Source: Octopus sinensis (Eukaryota). Taken from it: DNA of 64,000 bases. Of this stretch, positions 14,480-26,269 are shown piece by piece. Both the position numbers and the translations under genes were made by a program. Within the stretch, counting starts at the first letter, position 1; each line of letters starts with the position of its first letter. The notes beneath the pieces are model-generated. The model did not search any database. It was not told the origin of the DNA and saw only the letters and a list, made by a program, of their open reading frames with translations. The stretch is taken from contig NC_043005.1 of NCBI RefSeq assembly GCF_006345805.1, positions 69,316,001-69,380,000 on the forward strand, read 5' to 3'.

Positions 14480-14660
14480 AACTTTAGGCTCATAGCGATG
14501 GCTTACCCGATTCTGTAGTGTTTTTATGCAACCCATCTTGGACATAACGCTGTGTTAGGGTTACACCTTTTTGCGATCTGACTGGACTGGGGCAACGTGA
14601 AATAAAGTGTCTTGCTCAGACACCCAGTCGAGGAGTCGAAATCACAAATTTACGATCATC
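14480..14660 (-). mobile_element. tRNA-derived SINE fragment (distinct body, CORE/Nin-like)
   Basis: Reverse complement gives a B-box-like gatttcgactcc followed by ctgagcaagacactttatttcacgttgccccagtccagtc, a common SINE central-domain pattern. Confidence 0.6.
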
Positions 14661-16984
14661 TTTGCATCAGTCCAACCTCTGAATATACATATCTTGGGTG
14701 TGACTAAAATTTACATCCGAAAGTGAGTCCTGCTTCTGGATTTCCAGGAATCGGAATTGTGAGGAATCACCGTGCACCCACTAATGTTCCAATATCTACT
14801 TCGACCCAGTGTAGTGCCAAAGGTCAGGGTCATGACTGAAAGTAGATTAACATGTCAAGAAAGCATCCCCGCAAGGTTATTCAGATAGCTTAAATAACTC
14901 CGATTAACACAAGATTTGTGGCTGATCTCCTAAGAAATAGCATATGTTACAAATCATGAACTCTGATGGCTACTGGGTTTGTAATACTGCTTTCTACAGA
15001 GTTTGAAGAATAGAAGAGTAGAACTGTGCTGCACAAACCATGCCCAGGATAATCCTTTCCACCTTTCTTCTATAGGCACAGGGCCTGACTGTTTTGGATC
15101 CGTAGACTATAGAAACGCGATATGCTTGCTTAGTCTTCCCCGTGTATATGGAAGAGTACTTTGCCGTAATTTCCAATTTTAAAGAATTATTTACAATTCT
15201 GAAACATACATAATGCATAAATTATTAACAATGAATCGTGCGACGCATATTTCCTATTATTACTTTACTACAATATTAATTCAGAAAAACTTAACACCGA
15301 GCAGGTGAAGTGACCCGCTGGCAATCAGAATGTGTTTCAAAGTATTTTAAGAAAAAGACAAACTAATATTTAAAAGCAATTTAATGTTTATTATTATGAA
15401 AAATAAATAGTCGACTCTCCAAAAGAATTTTTGAACACATTGATATTTTCAGGAATGCATATGAATGTAAATACAAGCGAAAAGACTTACGGTTTGCCAA
15501 GAATCCTTATTTCGCCTAAGCTATGCTACTCAACTATATTCATAATAGATGTATTAATGTCGCATTTTGTTAAAGACCAGATTCCTGCTGGATGCCCTAA
15601 GTATAAGAATTGTTATGTTTTTTGTAAAAATGTTACCGTTACAAATATGTCTGAGATATATTGGTTAACTTATGAATGACATTCACTGCATTTTTTCATG
15701 GAGATAAAAGATCCCAAAGAGAAAAAAGAGCAAACGCACCAACACAGTTTTCCCCGTTTTCTTCTATAGCAACAATTTTTCTCCATGACAAAGTACAGTG
15801 AACGGGCTTCCTACTAGTTCCAATAGGTCTCAAATATATTTGAACTGGTAAATCACTGCTTAGAGACTCTAAACACGTCTTTTACTGTTTTAGTATGAAG
15901 CCTCAAAAATTCTGTGATGTGAGTGGACGTCAATACAAATTTGATACGAATCGGTCAAGGAGTTCAAAGAACATCATTAATAACATATAAAAGTCCTCAT
16001 GTATTGTAATACATGTGATAAAACATACGGATGTGAGGCTGTGTGTGAGCATGTATACGGAAACGGTGTTTAAGTCTAAATTCACAGGGCGCTCTCTTTC
16101 TTAAAAGCTGGCATATTTTTCCATTCCTGCATTATATCATTTTCTTTTTGCCAAACTTTATTTACGGACATTTCACTTGTAAATTAAAATTTTGGTGATG
16201 TGAACTTTTCCACTATTTTTCAGTTTTTGTGAAAATAATATATCATGTAAACATTATGTTCGAAATGATCGAATAAAACACTCAGCTAGTCTAAAACCCT
16301 TAACTCGATTTCTAATGCTTAAACTAAAATGTTTACTTGCATAATTGTATGTGTGTGTGCACGCACATGTGTGCATTTGCTCTGGTTGTCTGCGTAGGTA
16401 AGTAATAAAAAAACGTTATTGAAAGGGATGCCTCCTGCGTATCATTGATTGATACCGTTACTAATGAAAAATATATTCCGCATGACGATAATTTCATTTT
16501 GAAATATATGGATTCATAAAGTATACTATTTACGAGACAAATCCAAATGGGAATGGGAAGTAGATCAGAGTTTCTGATAGGAGGAAATTTATGCATGGTG
16601 AGTGGCGCCTGTCTCTCACATAATTTTTTCGTTTAATCGAAAAATTCAAAAGGCTAATCTATACATTATCCTGCAAAGCACCAACGATCTGCATGTTAAA
16701 ATTCTCCTTGCGCTAATTCTTTCGTATTTCGATGATCAATAGAATTAGAGATTACTATGAGAGCAAGTCTCTGGTCTATAGTATTTTTCTTATTTCTTGA
16801 ATACCTTCCGCCTTGTTGTTATTCATTTAAAAAGGAAAACACATACTCCAAACTGAACTAAATTCAACTAGCTTTATAGTGTTAACGAATTTTCTTCAGT
16901 AGTGAAATACACTTGTTTTCTTTAGGTCAACCACATCTGCACACGCGCACACACATATATATGTATATGAATACATATATATCA

Positions 16985-17130
16985 TTACACCGCGGCCATG
17001 TTGGAGCACCAACTTAAAGCATTTTTAGTCCAATGTATCGAACACAGTACTTATTCTATCAATCAATTTTAGTGAACTGATAAGTTACGTGGATAAGCAC
17101 ACCTGTACCGATTATCAAACGGTACGGAAG
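16985..17130 (-). mobile_element. SINE family S1 3' part
   Basis: Reverse complement matches the S1 tail (..gaataagtact....ggtgctccaacatggccgc). Confidence 0.7.
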
Positions 17131-17148
17131 AACAAACTCAGACACTAG

Positions 17149-17230
17149 TTACATTATATACATTGGACGGATATTTGTCCTCATCTTGTTTGTTGTTAAT
17201 ACAACGTTTCGGCTGATATGCACTTCAGCC
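17149..17230 (-). repeat. Inverted 5'-truncated copy of the H1 tail (hammerhead stem II onward)
   Basis: Reverse complement ggctgaagtgcatatcagccgaaacgttgtattaacaacaaacaagatgaggacaaatatccgtc aligns to 17394-17476. Confidence 0.9.
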
Positions 17231-17507
17231 CACGGGCATAATGCGTAGTGGTTAAGTGCACGGGCTACTAACGCTAAGATTCCGAGTTCGACTCCAGGTA
17301 GCCACCTGAGTAATAATACTAATAATAACAACATTGAACATTACCTTAGGAATTAGTACCCAGTTTCGAAATTTCCCCAAGACACCTGAAGAAAGCTGGC
17401 GGGTATATCAGCCGAAACGTTGTGTTAACAACAAACGAGATGAGGACAAATATCCATCGAATGTAAATAATGTACATAATCCCTCATCTCTTAAATATAG
17501 AACAGTA
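17228..17507 (+). mobile_element. Family H1 unit: tRNA-like head + short (AAT)n + hammerhead-bearing tail
   Basis: A-box-like tgcgtagtggt 17242-17252, B-box gagttcgactcc 17284-17295, aat tract ~17310-17332, hammerhead fold 17381-17426. Confidence 0.85.
17381..17426 (+). ncRNA. Minimal type I hammerhead ribozyme fold (best H1 copy)
   Basis: GACAC-CUGAAGA-A-AGCUG(loop)CAGCC-GAAAC-GUU-GUGUU. Stem I GACAC/GUGUU, core CUGANGA and GAAA, stem II (G)GCUG/CAGCC, loop-less palindromic stem III AACGUU. Activity untested. Confidence 0.7.
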
Positions 17508-17599
17508 ACCGCAGGTACAATGGCACATATTCATAGATATATACAGATATACAAGCTTCTTTCCGTTTCCTTCTGTCAAATAAACTCACAAGTCGTTGT

Positions 17600-17697
17600 T
17601 TGGCTCGATGCTTCAGTAATAGACATTTGCCGAAGTTGCCACACAATAGGACTGACTCCGAACTATGTGGTTGGGAGGCAATCGCCTTACCACACAA
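17600..17697 (-). mobile_element. SINE family S1 head
   Basis: Reverse complement tgtgtggtaaggcgattgcctcccaaccacatagttcggagtcagtcc matches the S1 head. Confidence 0.75.
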
Positions 17698-17753
<56 letters not shown>

Positions 17754-17984
17754 TGTGAACAAGAGAGTCAGAGCAAGGCAGAAACAAGGAAAATGCCACT
17801 TATATTTGAACACTATACAAATATTCCTTTAAAAAAACATTTCTCTTAATTTTTCTAAATTTACTTATTTAATCGTTACAGTTGAAAAGGTCTCAAAATG
17901 ACTGCAACCGGTACTGAAATTTTCTTTATAAAATTATTTTAGCATTTTCTGTTTCGACTTATTTTATCATATATATATATATAT

Positions 17985-18200
17985 AAATTTAATCCAAACA
18001 AGAAAGCACAAAAAACCACAAAAAACACAACAACGCGAGGACGTGGAACAAATGTAGTATTATTGGACGCTCAGGAAAGAAGGAAAGAAGGAGGGCTTAA
18101 CGTTTCGAGCGGAGCTCTTCGTCGGAAACATTGGAGAAGGAAACATCCAGAGAAGGGAAGACAGAGGAAAAAAAATCGCCAACGGTACACACGCGGTCAC
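17985..18200 (-). mobile_element. Family H2 short element with hammerhead-like fold (18095-18129), (TA)n at its 3' end
   Basis: Closely matches 58050-58225 and 63760-63960. Contains gtttccgacgaagagctccgctcgaaacgttaagc on the minus strand. Confidence 0.85.
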
Positions 18201-19317
18201 ATTTTGAATGACCGGAAGGAAATATATACAGATAAATGTATGTATGTGTGTGTGCGTGTGTCTGTGTGTGTTTATACATTTATAATTATACAAACATATA
18301 CATATATAAAAAAAAGATCCATGTACAGCACGTACAAGAAAAGTGCAGAAGCCAGAATTCAGTCGACTGCTGAAGAACGTCCTCCTACATTTTGCTTATA
18401 GTACAAATGAAAGTATATATATACAAATCGAAGGTAATATCATTCAAATCAGATACATATATAATTAGATTGCCGTTGTCAAAGAAGCCAATGCAGCTCT
18501 ATTATTCTCTTAAATCTTAGTCTTTTCACGATATCTTTTGTTAAAAAAGTCAGGAGAAATCTACAAGTTTAAACAAAAAAAAATTCCTATTTCAATACGA
18601 GTCAACAAGTTCTTGCAGAAAATGTTTATGTGAATACGATCCTTCAGATGAAGATGAGAAACTGACGAATGGGGAAATTTATATTCTCTTCGTATATAAT
18701 GCTTGTCTGGATATATATAAAATTTTTCCCGAAAAGGGTTCTTGTCGATTGATTCATATTTACTTATAGAGGTCAAAGAACAGCATTCTCATGGTTTCAC
18801 CAGCTATAAGGAATAATACTAAGTTAAAATATAAAAAAATGTAATACCGAACAAGCAAAATGCGCATCAAATTTATTGATATTCGAACCGAACCACTGAA
18901 TTGTAATTACAGAATTCAGAAATAGCTTTGAAAAGCCACACGAAGTGATTGTTTAAAATTCTATTTTGTATCACACCGAGATGCTAAATAACAAATTATA
19001 AAAATCGGCATATATACATTCAGCCTATATTTTCTCATCATGTTGAGCCCCAGGCAAAAAACAAAATTATTTTGCGAAACTAATGGTATGATACGAGTTC
19101 ACGAAAAATACAGTAACTTGAAAATGTTCTTATGAACAAAACAAAGGTCATTATGAAACTGTGAGAAAGAAAATATAACACCTTATTATGCCGTATACAG
19201 TTCAGATGAAAACTTACTTAGATATCTCAGTTTACGTTTCACCCTACAACACTGCATCTCTCTGTCTTTCTCTGTTCTCACCCTCTCTCTCTCTCTCTGT
19301 GTTCTATATCTCACTTG

Positions 19318-19402
<85 letters not shown>

Positions 19403-19929
19403 CAGAGAGAAAGACAGATAGATAGATAAACAGGTAGAGAGAGACAGGGAGTTTGAAGTGTTATACATATATTGTATATTTAGAATAACAAGGTAGTCAG
19501 AACGCTGGATGATTTTATATATATATATATATATATGTGAATTTATTTACATTTTTACCGCTTTTTTCCGTTATCGGATTTATCAGTAAGTGGTTTTTAT
19601 GTTAGATTTCTTAGCCTTTTTATATCTTAAAAAGTTTGTGGTATTTTTCAAGCAAGGGAGAAGAAACAAGAGAAAAATTGGAGAAGGAGGGGTGGTAAAA
19701 GTCATGCCTCTTTACCTCCCCTCTGTCGCAAAAATGTTTTCCTTTTTTCTTCTTCCTTGCTTGGCAAACCCCACAAAATTTTAATATATAAAAAGACCAA
19801 AAAATCTACCTTTAAACAACTGCTTGATAAATCCCATAACGGACGAAAGCGCTAAAAAATGGTAAATAAGATGTAAATATAAATATATAAAGTCTTCCAA
19901 AATTTTGATTAACTTTATTATTCTATATA

Positions 19930-20410
19930 ATCGGATATTTATCACAACGCTTCAGCTGACATACGCTCCAGACTTCATCAGGTGTATTAGGGAAATTCCG
20001 AAGGTATTTTTCGATGTTGTTGTTGTTCTTCTTATTATTATTAAGGTCAGTGTCTGGAATCGAACTCGGAATCTTGGGGAAAGTAGTTCTTAACCACAAC
20101 TCCATCAGCCCGTGGGCAATTATGGAGTGAATTTTAGGGCTTATAAATCTAATATTTTCCTATCCTTCCTTAATACCGGTCCCCATATGCTATTCATATC
20201 TGCACTCGGTCTGCTTAGGAGGTTGTTGTGTCCTAGCATATGTACTACTTCTTTTAGTTTCCGTGTTTTTAGTAGTGTTCTCTGTCTATTATTTTAACTT
20301 CATCCCACAAAGGGGTGTCCATTTCTCCATACATGATCAGCTTTACTCGATTTATCAATATCTTCCCGTGTTACAGCTTTGCGATTTTCTTCTACCCTTA
20401 TTTTGAGGGG
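19930..20410 (-). mobile_element. PLE GIY-YIG C-terminal fragment continuous with a family H1 unit (tRNA-like head, aat tract, decayed hammerhead 19941-19986)
   Basis: Minus strand, with two frameshifts: PLKIRVEENRKAVTREDIDKSSKADHVWRNGHP/LWDEVKIIDRE../KLKEVVHMLGHNNLLSRPSADMNSIWGPVLRK, then gcccacgggctgatggagttgtggttaag..gagttcgattcc. Confidence 0.85.
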
Positions 20411-20589
20411 GTGGCATGTTTCGCCACAGATTCAACGAGTAACAAGAGCAAGATAAAAGAGCAACAAGAGAGCAACAGATGTTTCGCCACAGATGCAACA
20501 AGTAACAAGAGCAACAAAAAAATTACTAGTACAGCAAAAAAAAAAAATTATACAATAATTAATGAAGTGTAAGTCGACCTTTGAACACC

Positions 20590-20815
20590 TGTCTTAGTTT
20601 AAATTTAAGCGGACTCCCTTTGGTGTATAAGTGGTTCCTTCCATATTTTAGTAACTGATGGATACAATGCTGAGTGACTGTGGATTTGCTATCATCTATT
20701 TAGACGATATTCTAATAAAAAGGGAATCACATAAACAACATGTAGAACACATTAAAAGGGCATTCGCGAAGAGTAGAGAGAATACGGTATCAAGATAACG
20801 AAAGAAAAATGCTTC
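20590..20815 (+). mobile_element. Ty3/Gypsy LTR-retrotransposon RT fragment
   Basis: KFKRTPFGV*VVPSIF**LMDTMLSDCGFAIIYLDDILIKRESHKQHVEHIKRAF: PFG and YLDD motifs with Gypsy spacing. Confidence 0.85.
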
Positions 20816-21516
20816 CCTAACGTTCTAAACCCCATCGCGATAGGTGAAAATCCTCGAGATAGGACCAGGACTGTACTGATTATTATTTTAAATATAAGTT
20901 GTGTATATTAATTTTATTATAAATGCAAAACAACACCAGATATTAATCGACGAAAGCTTATATGATAAACCGGGATATAAGTTATAAGATATAACCCCGA
21001 AATAAGAATCGTGCTATGGCGAGAGATTACTGAATAAATATAGTTTAGAGAAGAGAGAGTGATATTCTCCATACAGAAAACACTTCGTAGCAGCCAAGAG
21101 ATTTAAACTTGAGCAGGTAGATGAGTAAATATAAGGATTGGCAAGTTACGCATCTCGCTATACAAAAAAAAAAATTAAATAAATTTAATAAAAAAAAGTA
21201 CATATGTTTACGTATAAAAACTGCAAATATACACAGAATAGAAATGTTATCAGGAATTAAAGTGGTTGAATAAGAATTATACGAGCCCAAATTTTAAAAC
21301 TCTTATTCAGCCCCCCAATTCCTGATATCATTTTTGTACTGTGTAAGTTGGACCTTTTTATATATCAATATATGTACGTTATTTCTAAGAAATGTATTTA
21401 ATATTCTCTGTATATCGTGTTACCTAATTTGCTTATTCTTACATTTACATACATAAATGTATGTATGAGTGTATGTGTGGGTCTGTGTAATGCATCTGTA
21501 TATATAGTGTATATAT

Positions 21517-21577
<61 letters not shown>

Positions 21578-21586
<9 letters not shown>

Positions 21587-21984
21587 TGTGACAATTATTC
21601 GGTTGCCATAATAAAACTCCGAGTTTCGGATGTCGGGTCGGAAACCTGCATCAGCAACTCTTCAGTTATCAGCCGGTGCAGGTTTCTGCCCCGACATCCG
21701 AAACTCAGAGTTTTATTATAGCAACCAAATGATTGTCACATATTATATTGCAGATAAATTCCGCTATTTACATAATATCGAGGGCTCTTTTATTTTTTTG
21801 TGAGCTTATTCCTTCACTTCACTCTCTATTCCATATCTTATCTAGAATGACTATTGCTTAACCATTTTCTCACACCGTCTCCGATGAAGGGGTATATAAA
21901 ATATAACGGAAACAGCTGTAAGACCTCTTTATAAATGACCTCAAATCTTTCACAGCCTTGAGTTTTTATCTCATTCTGTTAGTT

Positions 21985-21990
<6 letters not shown>
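21578..21990 (+). mobile_element. Family H3 element: 73-bp-arm hairpin (21578-21749), hammerhead-like fold (21877-21924), end at (TA)n
   Basis: Arms 21578-21650 and 21677-21749 are reverse complements with few mismatches. Contains gtct-ccgatga-a-...-gaaac-agct-gta-agac. Single copy here, so element status is inferred. Confidence 0.6.
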
Positions 21991-22018
<28 letters not shown>

Positions 22019-22067
22019 ATATATATTATATATTATATATATATATATATATATTTATATATTTATT

Positions 22068-22098
<31 letters not shown>

Positions 22099-22814
22099 GT
22101 ATGTATATGTATATATATATAAACTAACAGAATGAGATAAAAATGTATATACATGTGTGTGTATGCATATATTTATTGTTCGAAAATATATTAATATTTG
22201 GAGTTACATTTGAAGTAGTATTTTATGTCCACGCCGGTGGTTTTAAAGGACTTATTGCGCAAGATATAATGTACTACGGTACGCTCTGACGTTATATAAT
22301 GCCACATACTATAATAATAACTTTGGTATAACTATATACTTTTTTCTTCATACGCAATGTTTTAATCAATCACAGCCAGAGAAGAGCGTAATATCTTAAC
22401 TTGGCTGGGTTCACGCCTTCAATATAATCAATATTTTCAATCAGAGAAATTGCGAATAGAGTCAAGAATACTCACTGCATTAATTTTTATCGTGCATTAT
22501 ATATTTTGGTTTTGTTTGTATATGATCTATTATTTTGAATGCAAACTTTTTTGTGACGTCAAAATGTTGCTATAATAGGAATTAAAGAGCAAAAGAAAAG
22601 TGAAATTTTTTTCAGCTGTTAAAATTTAATGTCTATTAGTTTCACATGGTACCGCCGTTTGATGGAGTGAACGAAGATTTTACCTTTTTTATGCTTTCTG
22701 TTGGCTTACAATTCGCGACGGGAAGTAAATAAACGAACGAGGCAAACAGGACCTAATGGTTAAAAATTTAAGATTTATTTATCGTAGACCTATAAAAGTA
22801 CCACAGCTCGTACT

Positions 22815-23222
22815 AATTATTTCTTTACAGCCCTCAAGAGTATACACACAGAGGGGACAAACATTGACAGAAAAAGGGATTAAGTCGATTACATCGACTG
22901 TAGTGAGTAACTGGTACTTAATTTATCGACCCCGAAATGATGAAAGGCAAAGTCGACCTCGGCGGAATTTAAACTCAGAACGTAACGGCAGACGAAATAC
23001 CTATTTCTTTACTACCCACGAAGGGCTAAATACGGAAAGGACGAACAAGGACAGACAAACGGATTAAGTCGATTATAACGACCCCAGTCCATAACTGGTA
23101 CTTATGTAATCGACCCCGAAAGGATGAAAGGCAAAGTCGAACTCAGAACGTAACGGCAGACGAAATACCACTAAGCATTCCGTCCGGCGTGCCAATGCTT
23201 TTTGCCAGCTCACCGCCTTCTT
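22815..23222 (-). mobile_element. tRNA-derived SINE family S2 with internally duplicated head/body module
   Basis: Minus strand begins aggcggtgagctggc..gcttagtggtatttcgtctgccgttacgttctgagt. The module ggtatttcgtctgccgttacgttctgag..gactttgcctttcatc..tcggggtcgat occurs twice. Confidence 0.85.
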
Positions 23223-23239
23223 GTACTACTACTACTACA

Positions 23240-23308
<69 letters not shown>

Positions 23309-23318
23309 GATGCTGCTG

Positions 23319-23350
<32 letters not shown>

Positions 23351-23369
23351 GCCGCTGCTGCTGGTGCTG

Positions 23370-23401
<32 letters not shown>

Positions 23402-23520
23402 GCTACTAAGGCTGATAATACCACTAATGCTCTTACTAGTGCTAATAGCAATACCACTAATAATAGTAGTAGAGATATTGGTGTAGATAGTACTATAATT
23501 ATTATTGTCATTATTATTAT
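23223..23520. repeat. Compound (CTA)n/(CTG)n/(ATT)n microsatellite
   Basis: Direct reading. Confidence 0.95.
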
Positions 23521-23534
23521 TATCAATCCACTCG

Positions 23535-24100
23535 TTGGACCCGAGTGGCGGAGGCAAAACGTGGCAACAAAGCCACCATTTGTTTTTTGATGGACCAGAA
23601 CGGGCGCAAGATGTTTGAACCGAAGCAGTTGTGTGCGGCTTTCAGCAGCACTTTGCTCCTCTTGTCGAGACGAGTAATAGGGCGAATAGCAGGGCAGACC
23701 TCCGTTTCTGTCTAGACATCCTGGTGTGAAAGGCCGACAACAGGCGTCAAAATATAGGAGTTGCGGAAGGGCTGAGCCAGAGGCAGAGAGAAAGGTTTGG
23801 ATGGTCTGCATTAAGAGCTTTATATTTCTATGACAGACTTGTGAGCTTTTTAGCGGACGTCTACTGCAACAAAACGGGAGAATTGCCACCTGTGTTTGTG
23901 TATGTGTAGTGGTACTGTTGAGAAAGGACCCACACAACGGGGACATGATAGAGAATTTCAGGCACCTCACCCTGCTCAATGCAGAGCTGAATATTTTGGC
24001 CAATCTGTTGACGCTTGCTGTGGACAAGCTCATAGGCGATGCGCAAGCATGCACCATCCAAAGAAGGACACTTCGCAACAACCTTCACCCCATGTGCTAT
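23535..24100 (+). mobile_element. Tx1/L1-clade LINE fragment (pre-RT region and first RT motifs), decayed
   Basis: RVAEAKRGNKATI..DQNGR, GLDGLH*EL (cf. PGLDGLPYE) and LLRKDPHNGDMIENFRHLTLLNAELNILAN..DAQACTIQRRTLRNNLH (cf. NFRPITLLNxDxKILAK..QTCAIPGRTIQDNLH). Confidence 0.85.
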
Positions 24101-24339
24101 AACATGCTGTTTTTGTTGTTGCTGTTGTTATCATCATCATTATCATTATTGTCATTATTATTACATTCGCAGCAGCAGCTGTTGCAGTAGACTCAGTAGT
24201 AGTAGTAGTAGTAGTTGTTGTTGTTGTTGTAGTAGCAGCTGTATGGGTAGTAGCATCACAGGGACACTTGAATATCGCCTGGTTGAAATAAATAGATAAC
24301 CATGTGATAAGAAATTATTTCATTCACCTTTTAAAGGGA

Positions 24340-24440
24340 TGCACCGATTTTTGGAACGGAGTATATACTAAATGAACCGGTTATTGAGATATCAGAGACG
24401 ACAAAGATGGCAAAAATGTATAGAACATACGCAAACTGAG
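24340..24440 (+). mobile_element. Possible mariner C-terminal remnant
   Basis: ..QRWQKCIE resembles the mariner C-terminal RWQKC motif. Short. Confidence 0.3.
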
Positions 24441-24997
24441 TTCATACCCAAGGCTCGGTTCACTATCGCTTTAGTATCAACTAAAAGGGTGCATGATACT
24501 ACATTAAATAATTTACATCTTGATGAATTTATAATTTCATGGTTTAGAAAGACCATACATGTTAAATATAACTCGATCAATATGAAATGTGTTATATTAT
24601 CACTTAATGTATTTAATGATAAATGAATGTGAAGATCAGTTTGTGTACATCATAATCTAATTTTTTGATAAAGCCGTTTTATGACGTACTTTTCACAAAA
24701 TCACATAGGTGATTGCATTGTTTAATGGAGCACCTGATACATATACGCAGAGAAAGAGAGAGAGATATAGGGATAGAGAGAGAGAGAGATAGGGATAGAG
24801 AGAGAGAGATAGGGATAGAGAGAGAGGGAGGTAAGTGTTATATCTTTAAAATTGTATCCCTTCATTCATTCACAGCGACTAATCAGATAAAATCAAGTTA
24901 AACAAACTGGGAAAATAAATCTCGCTTAGTCACAGGCAAATGCACTAATTGTCCTTAAGATAAACACGTTGTAGTGCTGCTTATATTTATAGTCACA

Positions 24998-25062
<65 letters not shown>

Positions 25063-26269
25063 TGTATGTATGTATGTATGTATGTATGTATGTATGTATG
25101 TATTGGTGTCATCGATTAATCAAGCAAGTGATATAATCGATTCCAGCGCTAATATTACGGTTGATATACAGAATGAATATGAGAAATTTATAGAGAGAAA
25201 CATATGGAAAGAGAATGAAAGAAGGATGGAACGATGAATACAGAGAGTAAGATAGTAATATAATGAATTTTATATTTTTGTGTTGCTCTGATTTATGACA
25301 AATTTAAATATTATTTATGGCGATTTATTTACTATAGAGAGGCAAATGGAAAATGATAATTATAAATTTTTACTCGCCAAACTAATTTCTTACAAATATT
25401 TGTGTTTTAGTTGGTTGTAATTTTTAGTCACAGAGTTACGTAGTAATTGTAATACATTACGTATATTATATTCAGAGAAATACAAAGCATTATTAATTCA
25501 AGAAATCGTGGCATGAAGTCTACTTACTTCCAGTAAACAACAAATATCTATGGGATATACAATAGAAAAAAAAATCATTTATGCAACTGTTTATCAGAAA
25601 GTGTGAGTATAAAAAAAGAAATTTAAAGATAAACAATTGCGATACATTTTGAAGTCTATAGACTGCGGAGAGTTTGAGATCACAACAAACACAGCAAGCG
25701 CTTAAGTATATAAGAAATTCCTACGTTTGAGTATCACCTAAGAAATTATTTTATATTTGAAAATAAATATATAACCAATGCGATATATTGTCTACGCAAA
25801 ATGGATTCTTTAATTGAAATGATTATATATGTTCTCGAGGGTTTTAATGTATAACATATATAGGCTTGACTACATTAGTGTAAAATATTGAATAGGGATT
25901 GACGAATATGATTATTGAGCCAAAATCCACGCAAAACATTTTATGTAGGACAGAATGACGTCTTTATTCTCTCTTTCTTTCTTTCTCTCACTGTGTACAT
26001 GTATAAATGACATGAACGAGGTAGATGATATAATAGAAGTTCTGTGATTGTTATTAAAAGAAACAAGGAGAAATGTAAAGTGATAAAGAAAAGAAGAAAC
26101 GCTTGTTCCTCTCTTGTATACTTTGGTTCTCTGATGCTTAATTTCATCCTAAAAGTTTAGGATGTTATCTGTTGGTCGTAAAATGTTTAAGTTTTCAGCA
26201 ATAAAAAGTTTATCTGTATTCTTTAGTTATAGGAAGAAAATTCCATTCTAGCTAGAAAGTTGCTTATTC

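Noticed and set aside
17234-17308. Functional tRNA gene
   Set aside because: A/B boxes are present but there is no clean acceptor stem or cloverleaf. Diverged copies recur inside a repeat, so it is a tRNA-derived head.
23143-24081. Longest ORF (312 aa, minus) with poly-V/A tail
   Set aside because: It is the antisense of a Tx1/L1 fragment joined to a (CTA)n microsatellite and a SINE; no protein-family signal.
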